Shown piece after piece: positions 1-8,820 of a DNA stretch of 25,304 nt (positions within the stretch are counted from its first letter, which is position 1; each line of letters begins with the position of its first letter). The translations under genes were made by a program, and so were the position numbers. The stretch spans positions 1 to 25,304 of the forward strand of contig JBBRNJ010000108.1 in the NCBI GenBank assembly GCA_038230375.1, given 5' to 3'. The DNA is from Polyangiales bacterium. Its GTDB lineage: Bacteria > Myxococcota_A > Polyangia > Polyangiales > Polyangiaceae. The notes below the pieces were generated by a model. It had not been told where the DNA came from, did not search any database, and saw only the letters and a program-made list of their open reading frames with translations.

Positions 1-66
1 GAGGTGCTCGGCGGGCGCGACGTTGTAGTCTTCATCAACCACTTCGACGTGCACGCCGGGCGCTAA
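1..66 (+). CDS. 3' end of a gene running in from the left (…EVLGGRDVVVFINHFDVHAGR*), function unknown
   Basis: Frame 1 is open from base 1 to TAA at 64-66 with G/C-ending codons like the other genes here. Confidence 0.55.
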   Translation, partial: EVLGGRDVVVFINHFDVHAGR

Positions 67-145
67 ATTCAAGCCGCTGCGCGATCTTCAACAACGTGCA
101 TCATGCACACGACTCCCGCGATGGAGCGAAATCGAGGCTGAGAGC

Positions 146-622
146 ATGCGCGTATTTCTTCGATGCCTGATCTTCGTTGGTTCATGTGGAGCGCTGCGCT
201 TCGCGTGCGGTGGCACCACCACGGACCTCGGCGGTGGCGGGGCGGATGGCGGCGTTCACGCGGATGGCAGCAGCAACGCTGACGGCGCCAGCGACACGGA
301 CGGCGCCGCGACCGACGGCGCCGCGGGAACCGATGGGGCGCTCGCATGCCCTGCATACGACGACACCGGCAAGGCGTGCAGCACGGCGGCGGACTGCACC
401 ACCGTCGCGCGCGGCTGCTACTGCGGCGGGCAGCCGGTGATCGGAATCTCGAAGTCCATCGGCGCTGCAGCCGCCGCATGTGAGTCTGACGCCGCCGCCC
501 ACTGCGCGCTGGGCTGTGCGAACTTCCCAGGCCAGGTGGCCGAGGATGGCAAGAACACGGTCGACGGTGGCGCGATCACGGTGCTGTGCGACAACATGAA
601 GTGCCACACGGTCTTGCAGTGA
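146..622 (+). CDS. Cys-rich putative lipoprotein (158 aa)
   Basis: Signal peptide ending in FAC-GG, Asp/Gly/Ala linker, Cys-rich C-terminus (CSTAADC…GCYC…C…CALGC…CDNMKC). Confidence 0.75.
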   Translation: MRVFLRCLIFVGSCGALRFACGGTTTDLGGGGADGGVHADGSSNADGASDTDGAATDGAAGTDGALACPAYDDTGKACSTAADCTTVARGCYCGGQPVIGISKSIGAAAAACESDAAAHCALGCANFPGQVAEDGKNTVDGGAITVLCDNMKCHTVLQ

Positions 623-742
623 TCGGGAGCCGACATCAAGGCCACGGCCCAGGCTGAGGTCGGCCGCCCTGGCCTGTTCGGGGATTGAAAGCTTGATTGT
701 GGGCGTTGTCCGCGCAACACTCCTACCTGGAGCTGGACCACC

Positions 743-1873
743 ATGACGCACACCAACGACGACGAGAACCTCGCACGCATCGCGGAGGCGCTGAACAAAG
801 GTCCCGATGGAACCGGCCGTCGCGCGTTCATCGCGGGCGCGGCAGGTGCGGTCGCCGCGGCCGCGCTCCTCGGCTCCGAGTCGGTCGCATCCGCTGGGGC
901 GGCGCAGAACCTCGCGGCCTCGCCGCCGGACGGGTTCACGCCATTCTCTGCCCCCGGCACCGTCGTCAAGGTGACGCGTGCGGGCTCCCTCCAGGAGAAC
1001 GGGCGCTATCCCAAGCCCGAAGACGCCGTGGCCATGCTCGAGAAGGTGATGACGGAGCTCACCGGCAAGCCTGACCTGAAGACTGCCGTGATGCAGCTCG
1101 TCCACCCGAAGGACAAGGTCTGCGTGAAGGTGAACGGGATCGCCCAGCGCAACATGTCCACGAACAAGGAGCTCGTGCTCCCGTTCCTGCAGGCCATGAT
1201 CGACGGCGGCGTGAAGCCGGAGAACATCACCGTCCTCGAGCAGTACGGCGGCTTCCTGTCTGCCACGCGCATCACGCAGGACAACGTGCCCAAGGGCGTG
1301 AAGCTCGCGTTCCACGCGAACGGCGAAGCGACCATGGAGCCGCGGAAGATCCCGGGCACGCCCCTCGAGACGAAGTTCACGCGCTTCCTCACCGAGTCCA
1401 CGGCGGTCGTGAACTTCGCCCTCGTGAAGGACCACAGCATGTGTGGCTACACGGGCGCGATCAAGAACATGACCCACGGCTGCATGATCAACCCGTCCAG
1501 CTTCCACCGGAACCATGACGGCAACACCCAGATCGCCATGCTCTACGCGCAGGACGTCATCAAGAGCCGTGTGCGCATCAACATCGCCGACGCGTTCAAG
1601 GTCATGGCCCAGGGCGGTCCGTTGTGGGCAAGCCCGCAGCACGTGAAGGTGTACGAGGCCGTCATGGCCTCTACCGACCCCGTCGCGATCGACACGATCG
1701 GCTGGGAGATCGTCGCGAAGATGCGCGCGGAGTTCAATCTGAAGCCGCTCGCAGACGACATCAACCCGAACAATCCTCGCGGTCGCGAGCCTGGCTACAT
1801 CGCGCTCGCCGGACAGCTCGGGCTCGGGATCTCGGATCGCTCCAAGATCAACCTGCGGGAGCTCACGGTCTGA
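743..1873 (+). CDS. DUF362 domain-containing protein with Tat signal peptide
   Basis: Twin-arginine GRRAFI plus hydrophobic stretch; DUF362-type motifs DKVCVKVN, VKDHSMCGYTGAIKN, ASTDPVAID, LGLG; GGAG upstream. Confidence 0.85.
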   Translation: MTHTNDDENLARIAEALNKGPDGTGRRAFIAGAAGAVAAAALLGSESVASAGAAQNLAASPPDGFTPFSAPGTVVKVTRAGSLQENGRYPKPEDAVAMLEKVMTELTGKPDLKTAVMQLVHPKDKVCVKVNGIAQRNMSTNKELVLPFLQAMIDGGVKPENITVLEQYGGFLSATRITQDNVPKGVKLAFHANGEATMEPRKIPGTPLETKFTRFLTESTAVVNFALVKDHSMCGYTGAIKNMTHGCMINPSSFHRNHDGNTQIAMLYAQDVIKSRVRINIADAFKVMAQGGPLWASPQHVKVYEAVMASTDPVAIDTIGWEIVAKMRAEFNLKPLADDINPNNPRGREPGYIALAGQLGLGISDRSKINLRELTV

Positions 1874-2544
1874 AGACGCGGGCATGGCGCGGTGCCCTGC
1901 TCGTCGCGGGCATCGCCGTTACCCCCGTGCTGTGTGGGGCGTGTGGTGGTGGTGAGAAGGGTGGGGCGGGGCCGACCACCGCGGAGAACGCGAGCGGCGC
2001 GGCGCCTTTCGGGTGTCGCATCACGCTCGCGCACGGAACGCCCATAGAGGAGAAGTCGCGCGACCAGCTCCTGCGCCTGATGAAGGTGTACCCGCTGGAG
2101 CCGTACATCTACACGCGCGAGCTCGTCATCGACGAGAACGCGATCCCACACAGTCACGTCGTGCTCACGCTGCACACGCGCCACGTGAAGGACGACGATC
2201 AGCTGCTCTCCACCTTCATCCACGAGGAGCTGCACTGGTTCGCGGAGGCGCACAAGGACGCGCTCGCGGCGGCCGTGACGGAGCTGCGCACCGAGTTCCC
2301 CGGGTTGCCGGTGGGCTATCCGGACGGCGGGTCGTCGGAGCAGAGCTCGTACGAGCACATGGTGATCATCTGGGGCGAGTACGAGGACCTCGTGAAGCTC
2401 GTCGGAGCGCAGCGCGCAGACGCCGTGTTCACGTTCTGGGAGAACGACCACTACCGCGCGCTCTATCGACTGCTACGAGAGCACCGCCCGCGCATCGCCG
2501 AGATCGTGAAGAAGCACGGCCTCGTGCCGGACGCAGTGAAGTAG
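1870..2544 (+). CDS. Putative lipoprotein with HEXXH (HEELH) zinc-metallopeptidase-like motif; probable CTG start
   Basis: True coding part of ORF 1624..2544. From CTG at 1870 it reads (M)KTRAWRGALLVAGIAVTPVLCGAC-GGG, a basic n-region, h-region and lipobox Cys; STFIHEELHW motif; downstream YEH. Confidence 0.7.
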   Translation: MKTRAWRGALLVAGIAVTPVLCGACGGGEKGGAGPTTAENASGAAPFGCRITLAHGTPIEEKSRDQLLRLMKVYPLEPYIYTRELVIDENAIPHSHVVLTLHTRHVKDDDQLLSTFIHEELHWFAEAHKDALAAAVTELRTEFPGLPVGYPDGGSSEQSSYEHMVIIWGEYEDLVKLVGAQRADAVFTFWENDHYRALYRLLREHRPRIAEIVKKHGLVPDAVK

Positions 2545-2575
2545 CGACGCACGGCCCGCTCGGGCGCGCGAGCTC

Positions 2576-2875
2576 TCACTTCCCGGGAGGGCAGTAGCCC
2601 GAGAGCTCCACGTAGCCGCGGCCGAGTGGTTTTCCGTCGGAGGCGCGGACGATCGAGGAGGCGCCCTCCCAGTAGATCGGCGATCGAACCACGCAGTGCC
2701 GGTGACCGGATAGACGTCGGAGCCGACCGTGAGCGTGCCCCGCGCGTCCAGGTGTAGCCACTGAACGCGTAGTTCGTGTAGCCGGCGCCGTGCTGGAGCG
2801 CGGGCGACGGACCGCCCTCGGCAGCGCGGCAACGGACGCGTCCATGCCAGCGTCGGCCTGCGCCGTGGACGGGGC
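2576..2875 (-). pseudogene. Fragmented remnant of an AttH/CrtC-like (lipocalin-like, carotenoid 1,2-hydratase family) gene
   Basis: Family motifs in three frames and the expected order: LQHGAGYTNYAFSGYT (~2798-2752), LDARGTLTVGSDVYPVTGTAWFD (~2751-2681), IYWEG…GRGYVELSGY* (~2678-2576); no intact ORF; 5' limit approximate. Confidence 0.7.
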
Positions 2876-2881
2876 ACGGCC

Positions 2882-3490
2882 TCAGACCTTGAAGTAGCTC
2901 CGCATGATCGCGTCTCGCAGCCCGTTCATCGATTCGTAGCCGGTCTTGTCGCAGATGCGGCTTGCGTGGGTCTTGTAGGTGCTCATCGCGATCTTCTTGC
3001 TGCCATCCAGCAGTGACCCGCGCGGCAGCCCGCGCACGAACGCCTCGATCACATCCGCCTCTGCCTGGGAGAGTCCTGCGGTCTCGCTCACCTCATTCAG
3101 CAGCTGGCGCAGATGCGACAGCCGCCCGTCGCGAGAGGCCACCGTATCCCTGACGAAGCGGCGCACGTCCTCCCCTTCGAGCGGCTTCTCGTACGCGACG
3201 GCGTTCGCGGCGAAGGCCTTCCGCGCCAGGTTCTCGAAGTCCTTGCCGGTCACCATCAGCGCGGGGACCAGTGGGTCGTGCTCTCGCGCCAGCGCAAGGA
3301 CCTCCCACCCCGAGTCCGTGCCTAGCTGGATGTCGATGATGATCGCGATGAGCGGAGTTGCGAGGTGGGGCTCTGCTTCCTTGAGTGACGCCGCGCCCAG
3401 CGTCGGGCACACGGCGTCGAGCATCGAGCGTATTGCCCGCCGCACGAGCGCCTCGTCCTCCACCACAAGAACCGGTACCTCGCCCATCAT
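2882..3490 (-). CDS. Two-component response regulator, receiver domain plus LuxR-type HTH
   Basis: VLVVEDE acidic pocket, IIIDIQL phospho-Asp, MVTG, YEKP; C-terminal LSQAEADVIEAFVRG…STYKTHASRICDKTG; start may be ATG 3490/3487 or GTG 3496. Confidence 0.85.
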   Translation of the reverse strand: MMGEVPVLVVEDEALVRRAIRSMLDAVCPTLGAASLKEAEPHLATPLIAIIIDIQLGTDSGWEVLALAREHDPLVPALMVTGKDFENLARKAFAANAVAYEKPLEGEDVRRFVRDTVASRDGRLSHLRQLLNEVSETAGLSQAEADVIEAFVRGLPRGSLLDGSKKIAMSTYKTHASRICDKTGYESMNGLRDAIMRSYFKV

Positions 3491-3681
3491 CCACACTCTG
3501 CCCGGTGGTCCATCTGATTGGAACTTGTCTTCACGTAACGTGGTTCGTCACACCACAAAACGTGAACGACACGTCCACCGGGTCCTTGAATCGGACGATC
3601 ACAGCTGTGAGAATCATCCCGCCGGGGTGACGACACGCACGAGGATTTGTGCCTACGCGCTGCGTGCGACGGCCGGTGTGC

Positions 3682-4263
3682 TCAACCGCCGCGCTTCACC
3701 AGACGGATCTGCAGCCGCAGGCGGACCTCGTTCTTGATCGACGGTCCTGCGGTGAGACCGTAGTTCTGCCGATCGATCTTGGTCTCGCAGACGATCACGC
3801 CTGCGTCCGAGAGGTGCCCCGCGAACACGACTTCCTTCGTGATGCCCTTGATGGTGAGCGCACCCTTCATTCCGAAGTTGTCCGTTGCGCCCCACAGCTG
3901 ACTGCTCTTGAACGTCATTCGCGGGAAGCGCGCGACATCGAAGTAGTCAGCGGTGCGAAGGTGTTCGTCGCGTTGCTTGACGCCCGTGTCCACGGACGCG
4001 ACGTCCACGGACGCCTCCACGCTGGTGGTGGCGAGCGAGTCACCCACCACGACCTTGCCGTCGAACACGTTGAACCTTCCGTCCACGGAGGTCACCACGA
4101 AGTTCGTGACGTTGAACGTGACCGCGGATGAGCGCGCATCCACGGCGTACTCACCGGGCGTGGGGAGAGTGCCCGCGGCGCGTGCGGGTGACGGGCTCGC
4201 GATCAGCGCAAGCAGCGTGAGGAGGGACAGGGTCAGCCAGCGCACGATGGGAAGGACTCTCAC
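3682..4263 (-). CDS. YceI family (polyisoprenoid-binding) protein, secreted
   Basis: Signal peptide; YAVDARSSAVTF, GRF, SVDTGVKQRDEHLRTADYFDVARFPRMTFKS, GALTIKGITKEV, IDRQNYGL are YceI motifs. Confidence 0.9.
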   Translation of the reverse strand: MRVLPIVRWLTLSLLTLLALIASPSPARAAGTLPTPGEYAVDARSSAVTFNVTNFVVTSVDGRFNVFDGKVVVGDSLATTSVEASVDVASVDTGVKQRDEHLRTADYFDVARFPRMTFKSSQLWGATDNFGMKGALTIKGITKEVVFAGHLSDAGVIVCETKIDRQNYGLTAGPSIKNEVRLRLQIRLVKRGG

Positions 4264-4334
4264 GGATACTCACTCATGCGTAGGCGTTTGCGCGTGGAAC
4301 GCAAGGGAACGGGCAGGTTCTACTGCTTCGGGCA

Positions 4335-5330
4335 TCACCGCAACGTTTGCAGGGGAGAGAGGGGCACGTCGGTGTTCATGATCTCCATGGTCTCGAACGA
4401 CTCGAAGAAGTCGCCCTCTGCGCTTGCGCCGCGTTCGTAGTCCAGGGTGACGTGAACGCGCGCTGGCCTGCGGGCGGACACGAGGCGGAACTCGCGCGGT
4501 GCTTCCGTCAGGCGGGTGTCCTTCGTCACGCTCTCGGGAGCGCCCGCGCGCTGGCTTGCGCGGTGGCCGTCCCAGTCGCGCCCCATGTGGAACGTATCGC
4601 CGGCAATCACGTTGCCGTCCTGGTTCAGGGCGGTGAGGGTCAGCGTCAGCCGACGGAAGATGTCGCCCGTGGGGAAGCGGTGACCGACGCTCTTCGTCGC
4701 CAGGGTCACGACCACGGCGTCGCTCGTGAAACGTGTAGACTGCACGCGTATCGCGTCGGCGAGCAGCTCTCGATTGCGCGTCACGTCGAAGCGATGGTCG
4801 CGAAGCCCTCGTGCGCGCGGCTTCATGTGGCACTCCGTGCACGGGGTCGCGGCGAAGGGGCTCTCCGCGTGCTCTCGCTCGGTGCTCTGAAGGATCGTGC
4901 GCGTGGTGGGGACGTCGAAGTCATGGCACGACGCGCACGCCTTCGTCGTGGCGTGCGGACGGTCGCCCGTGGTCTGCGCCGCGTGCCCTTCGCCGACGAC
5001 GTGACACGCGTTGCAGCCGATGCCCGAGGCCGTGTCGCGCGCGCCGTCGGCCGTGCGGAGCGGCGCGTGACAGTCCACGCAGAACTCCCGCGGCTCGGCG
5101 CGATAGGAGCGCTGGAAGTCCGGGCTCACGAACGAGGCCCGGTGCTGCGACGAGCGCCACTCACGGACCTCGGCCGCGTGGCATCCGGCGCAGGCGAGCG
5201 CGGCCTCGGGCGCACGTGGGCCAGGGAGGGCAGCGACGCGGGCAGGCGGGCTCGGACCGCCCGTGCGGGAATCGCACGCGCACGCAACGGCGAGCAGGCA
5301 CGCGGCAAGGCCGACGGTCCCGATGCGCAT
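4335..5330 (-). CDS. Pentaheme c-type cytochrome lipoprotein (c554/c552-like N-terminal motif), copy 1, 331 aa
   Basis: ATG at 5330 overlaps upstream TGA (TGATG); lipobox-like LLAVAC; five CXXCH (CAGCH, CVDCH, CNACH, CASCH, CTECH); WRSSQH and GHRFPTGD motifs. Confidence 0.85.
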   Translation of the reverse strand: MRIGTVGLAACLLAVACACDSRTGGPSPPARVAALPGPRAPEAALACAGCHAAEVREWRSSQHRASFVSPDFQRSYRAEPREFCVDCHAPLRTADGARDTASGIGCNACHVVGEGHAAQTTGDRPHATTKACASCHDFDVPTTRTILQSTEREHAESPFAATPCTECHMKPRARGLRDHRFDVTRNRELLADAIRVQSTRFTSDAVVVTLATKSVGHRFPTGDIFRRLTLTLTALNQDGNVIAGDTFHMGRDWDGHRASQRAGAPESVTKDTRLTEAPREFRLVSARRPARVHVTLDYERGASAEGDFFESFETMEIMNTDVPLSPLQTLR

Positions 5331-7075
5331 CACGGCGCCGCGGAGAAGGCCGCCGTCTTCACCTGGAACGTGAGCTTTCGGTGTGGGTCCGGTGCCCCGC
5401 AGACGAGCTCGGGCGCGGAGGGCGCCACGGTCGCGAGCTTCTTCATCAGCTCCTTTGCGATCTCTGGCGTGGGCGCGACGATGCCCAGCAGGCGGCTCGG
5501 TCCCGTGCCGAAGCCGACGAACGTGAGCGACTCGCCGAGCAACGGATCGTTCTTCAGTACCGCTCCGAGCTTCGGGTACGCCGGCTTCTCTTCCTTCTCC
5601 TTCTCGCTCGCAACGACCACCACGGGCGTGGCGCAAGTCGCCCCCGCGCGCGGCGGAAACGGCGCGATCGTCCCTGCTGGGAACGGCGCTCCGCAACGCA
5701 GCGGCGCCGGGCGCGACCTGGACCCGTACACCGTGCGAACCTCGCCCGCTCGCCTCTGACCAAGACCCACGTCGGTCCGCACGGTGGAGACCCACGTCTC
5801 GTCCCCCGCCACCTTGACCCATTCCACGCGGCTCTGCGGGTGCGTCTCCGCGAGCCACGGCCCGTCGGGGAGCGCGATCTTCGTCCATTCCTTGCCCGTC
5901 CGCGTGTAGAGCGCGCCCGACGTCGCGATGAACCAGGGGACGGATGGCTCCTGCGCCAGGCGCCCTGGCTCGGGCAGCTTCTCCTCCGTGATCGTCCCGT
6001 CCCTGGCCTCCGTGAAGAGGGTGCCATCCGCGGTGGTGACCATCAGGTCATCACTGGTGGTGAGCAGGAACGACGCGATGTCATGCACGCGCGAGGACAG
6101 CCCGGACTGCTGGAGCGTCTCCCCCGAATAGTTGTAGAGTACATGTTGTGCTCTCGACGGGATCAGCACGGCGCGCAACGTGCCGATCGCAAGGAGAGGA
6201 TCGGCCGTGGCTGCGGCCGCGCCGGGCACCACCAGATCGTCCACCTTCTTCTCCGGCGACCAGCGACGCAGCATCGGCTTGGCGGTGCTCGAGCGACCGG
6301 GCGCGAGCAGCTCTCCATTCGAGAGCCTCCCCGCGTACGCCATATCGGGCCCGGGCAGATTGATCTTCAATGGCTCGCCGTCGGCCGACCAGGCGAAGTA
6401 GCGATCGTGCGACGCGTTCTGGTCATGGCTGTCGCCTGGAATGTCCAGGTACATGGAGTGTGCGCCGTACGCCCAGAGTGAGCCATCCGGCTGCGGGATC
6501 AGGTGTGCGAGCGCGTAGCGACCGTACTGGCCCTGGGGCGTGGGAAGCGCCTGCCACTTCGGCGGGCGGGCGACCACGATGCTCACGTCCTCCGTGCGTC
6601 CCGTCGATAGACGCAGCTGCACGAACGCGTGCGCCTCATCCAGGCCGCCGACATCCCCGATGTGATCGGCCGTGAGCATGGTGCCGGAGAGCCCGTCGTA
6701 CGCAGGGGGACCCATCGAGTAGAGCGGACGCGCGGCGTCGCGGCCCATGGCCCATGCGTCGCGGTAGACCACGAGCACGGGCGTCGTGCCCACGGAGTGG
6801 GCTCGTACCGCGGGACATGCCCCTTCGACCACGGGAAAGAGCGACGAGATCGTCGATGCGGCGCCTGGAACCCGCGCGTCAGCGTCCGCGGGCGCGGCGT
6901 CCAGGAGCGCAGCCGCGTCCGGTGTGGCAACCGAGCTCGCGTCGGCGGGAGTCGGCCGTGATGGGCTCGACTCATCACGCGCTCCCGTGGTGGCGCACGC
7001 GGCGACAGCGGTCAGGACCAGAAGTGTGGCGAACGGACGAAGCGGGAAGCGCGTGCCCTGACCAAGACGCTGCAT
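5330..7075 (-). CDS. Hypothetical lipoprotein (581 aa), partner of pentaheme cytochrome copy 1; likely beta-propeller-like
   Basis: Lipobox VAAC, PDAA linker, beta-rich repeats (QPDGSLWAYG, DGTLF, SGALY…W); homologous to 16395..18167. Confidence 0.8.
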   Translation of the reverse strand: MQRLGQGTRFPLRPFATLLVLTAVAACATTGARDESSPSRPTPADASSVATPDAAALLDAAPADADARVPGAASTISSLFPVVEGACPAVRAHSVGTTPVLVVYRDAWAMGRDAARPLYSMGPPAYDGLSGTMLTADHIGDVGGLDEAHAFVQLRLSTGRTEDVSIVVARPPKWQALPTPQGQYGRYALAHLIPQPDGSLWAYGAHSMYLDIPGDSHDQNASHDRYFAWSADGEPLKINLPGPDMAYAGRLSNGELLAPGRSSTAKPMLRRWSPEKKVDDLVVPGAAAATADPLLAIGTLRAVLIPSRAQHVLYNYSGETLQQSGLSSRVHDIASFLLTTSDDLMVTTADGTLFTEARDGTITEEKLPEPGRLAQEPSVPWFIATSGALYTRTGKEWTKIALPDGPWLAETHPQSRVEWVKVAGDETWVSTVRTDVGLGQRRAGEVRTVYGSRSRPAPLRCGAPFPAGTIAPFPPRAGATCATPVVVVASEKEKEEKPAYPKLGAVLKNDPLLGESLTFVGFGTGPSRLLGIVAPTPEIAKELMKKLATVAPSAPELVCGAPDPHRKLTFQVKTAAFSAAP

Positions 7076-7176
7076 GCGGGCACGTTACCGCGGCGAAGAC
7101 ACGCCGTCCTCCGTTTCTGTGGCAGTGCGTGACCTTGCCAAGGAGACTGGTGGCATGACGCACTGTCCGTGTGTCG

Positions 7177-8613
7177 TCAGCGCGCGTGTCGCGAGGCGTG
7201 CGTCCGTGTCGTGCGCGCGTGCATCATCGCCGGCCCACTGTCGCTCATCACCTTGGACAGCGCGTCGGCATCGCCCACGATGATGGGGAACGTGCGCGTG
7301 ACGGCGCCGATCTTCGCGTCGATCAGGATCAGGTGGGAGTCCATGCTCGACTTCGCCGTGCGCTTCACCGTGAGATAGAGCTTCTCGCCATTCTTGCCGG
7401 ACGCGCGATCCAGCGTGAGCTTCACATCCTTGCCGCCGCCCACCGGCACGGCATTGCCCGTGGCATCCATGACCAGCTCCGACGCGACGACGCTGATCGC
7501 CTCCGTTGGGCCATCGCTGTAGATGCCGATGGGGAGCGTCACCTCTGCGCCCACGGCAAGCTTGTATTCTACACCTTTCACCGCGCCGTACGACGGGTCC
7601 AGGGCCGTGAAGTCATAGGTGACCGTGTCCTTCGGCGCCTGCAGCGGCACCACGTTGAAGTACGCGGCGCTGGGCGCGGGGACGCACGGCGCATGGCCGG
7701 CCTTGGCGCTCTTGTTCGACCACTGGCGCTGCACCGTGAACGGAAGATCGGCCTGACCCGAGAGCTCCTGGTCCGCGTCGAACTCGCACATGTCCCCGGT
7801 CTCGTCCTGGTTCTGCACCATCAGGTCGTATGCCAGGTGCTTGTCGTCCAGTCCAACGTAGCCAGGCGTGCCGTCGGTCACGTGCGGGTCCACGGACGCC
7901 TCGTCCCACTCGTGGCTCGCCGACAGCGTGGAGTCATTCACGGTGAAGCCGGGGCACTGCAGGATGACCGCGTACACGATCGACTTCCCATTCCACATCA
8001 CGCTCGCGTGATAGCCGCCCGCGCCTTGCGCGCAGTCGTCGTCGGCGTCCCCAGCCTGCTCGAAGACCTTCGTCGTGCTCGGAAGGTACAGCGTGTAGAT
8101 GGTGTCGTCCGTGGGGGCGGGCCACACGGCGGGCATGGCGGACAGGTTCGTCGTGATGATCTTCTCGACATCGGCGGCGAGGATACTCGCGCCCAGCCCG
8201 TCCTTCATGCGCACGTGCGTGTCCGCGCTGCTCTTTGCGGGGCCCACGCCGTACTCGCTCACGACCGCGCTCCAGTAATGGCTTGCGCCGATCTGGTCCG
8301 CGAACGCCTCGAACTTGTCTGCGTTCGTGTCGCCGGGCCACGTCACCGTGACGAGCACGGGGTTCGCAAGGACGCTGCCGCCGTTGTTCATGACCAGCGG
8401 GAGGTCCGGCGTGAACGCGGGGTACGTGGTGCTCACCTTGCCGGGATCCGGCGGCGGGGTCGGCGCGGGCTGCGTGCCTGGGTCCGTCCCGCTGGCTGGT
8501 TTGCCTTCGCCCGCAGGACCCGAGGAAGCCCCCGAGCTCTCGCCACCGCATGCGGCGATGGAGACGATGAGGGCGGCGAACGGCACTGCGGAACGAACGA
8601 GAGAGCCGACCAT
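7177..8613 (-). CDS. Lipoprotein with Phi-1/EXORDIUM-like domain plus C-terminal beta-rich domain (478 aa)
   Basis: Lipobox IAAC-GG; NNGGSVLANP…VTW, GGYH, ASHEWDEASVDP, ETGDMC, VQRQWSN…C motifs recall bacterial Phi-1-like proteins. Confidence 0.7.
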   Translation of the reverse strand: MVGSLVRSAVPFAALIVSIAACGGESSGASSGPAGEGKPASGTDPGTQPAPTPPPDPGKVSTTYPAFTPDLPLVMNNGGSVLANPVLVTVTWPGDTNADKFEAFADQIGASHYWSAVVSEYGVGPAKSSADTHVRMKDGLGASILAADVEKIITTNLSAMPAVWPAPTDDTIYTLYLPSTTKVFEQAGDADDDCAQGAGGYHASVMWNGKSIVYAVILQCPGFTVNDSTLSASHEWDEASVDPHVTDGTPGYVGLDDKHLAYDLMVQNQDETGDMCEFDADQELSGQADLPFTVQRQWSNKSAKAGHAPCVPAPSAAYFNVVPLQAPKDTVTYDFTALDPSYGAVKGVEYKLAVGAEVTLPIGIYSDGPTEAISVVASELVMDATGNAVPVGGGKDVKLTLDRASGKNGEKLYLTVKRTAKSSMDSHLILIDAKIGAVTRTFPIIVGDADALSKVMSDSGPAMMHARTTRTHASRHAR

Positions 8614-8666
8614 GTGTCACTCCAGGGCGACAAGGGAGAGAGAGAGCTTGGCGCGGTACCCATCGG

Positions 8667-8683
8667 TGCAACGCGGATACCAA
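8667..8683 (-). promoter_or_regulatory. Candidate sigma-54 (-24/-12) promoter for 7177..8613
   Basis: Minus strand TTGGTATCCGCGTTGCA = GG-N10-GC with TGG and TTGCA consensus flanks, ~55 bp before the ATG. Confidence 0.55.
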
Positions 8684-8820
8684 GTCGCGTCCCGTCTGCG
8701 AGTCTCTCGACCTGGTCGGTTGTTTGGCTCGATTTCGCGTCGACGGTCCCGCGGCTCGTCGCGTGGTGCGAGGTCGGAACGGGCTGCGAAGGATCCATTC
8801 TCGCGGTAGAGTGCGCGCCC

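Noticed and set aside
96..108. Palindrome GTGCAT-C-ATGCAC
   Set aside because: Only 6-bp arms and no supporting context
5331..5888. N-terminal extension of the cytochrome ORF to 5888
   Set aside because: Overlaps the partner gene out of frame; ATG 5330 gives a signal peptide and stop/start coupling
4335..7075. Pentaheme cytochromes as NrfA nitrite reductase or an MtrAB-type conduit
   Set aside because: No CXXCK motif, shorter than NrfA, and the partner shows no beta-barrel porin features such as a terminal aromatic residue
7119..7141. Sigma-54-like site TTGGCAAGGTCACGCA upstream of module A
   Set aside because: GG-to-GC spacing is 9 rather than 10; the short TGGCA/TGCCA inverted repeat is too weak to call
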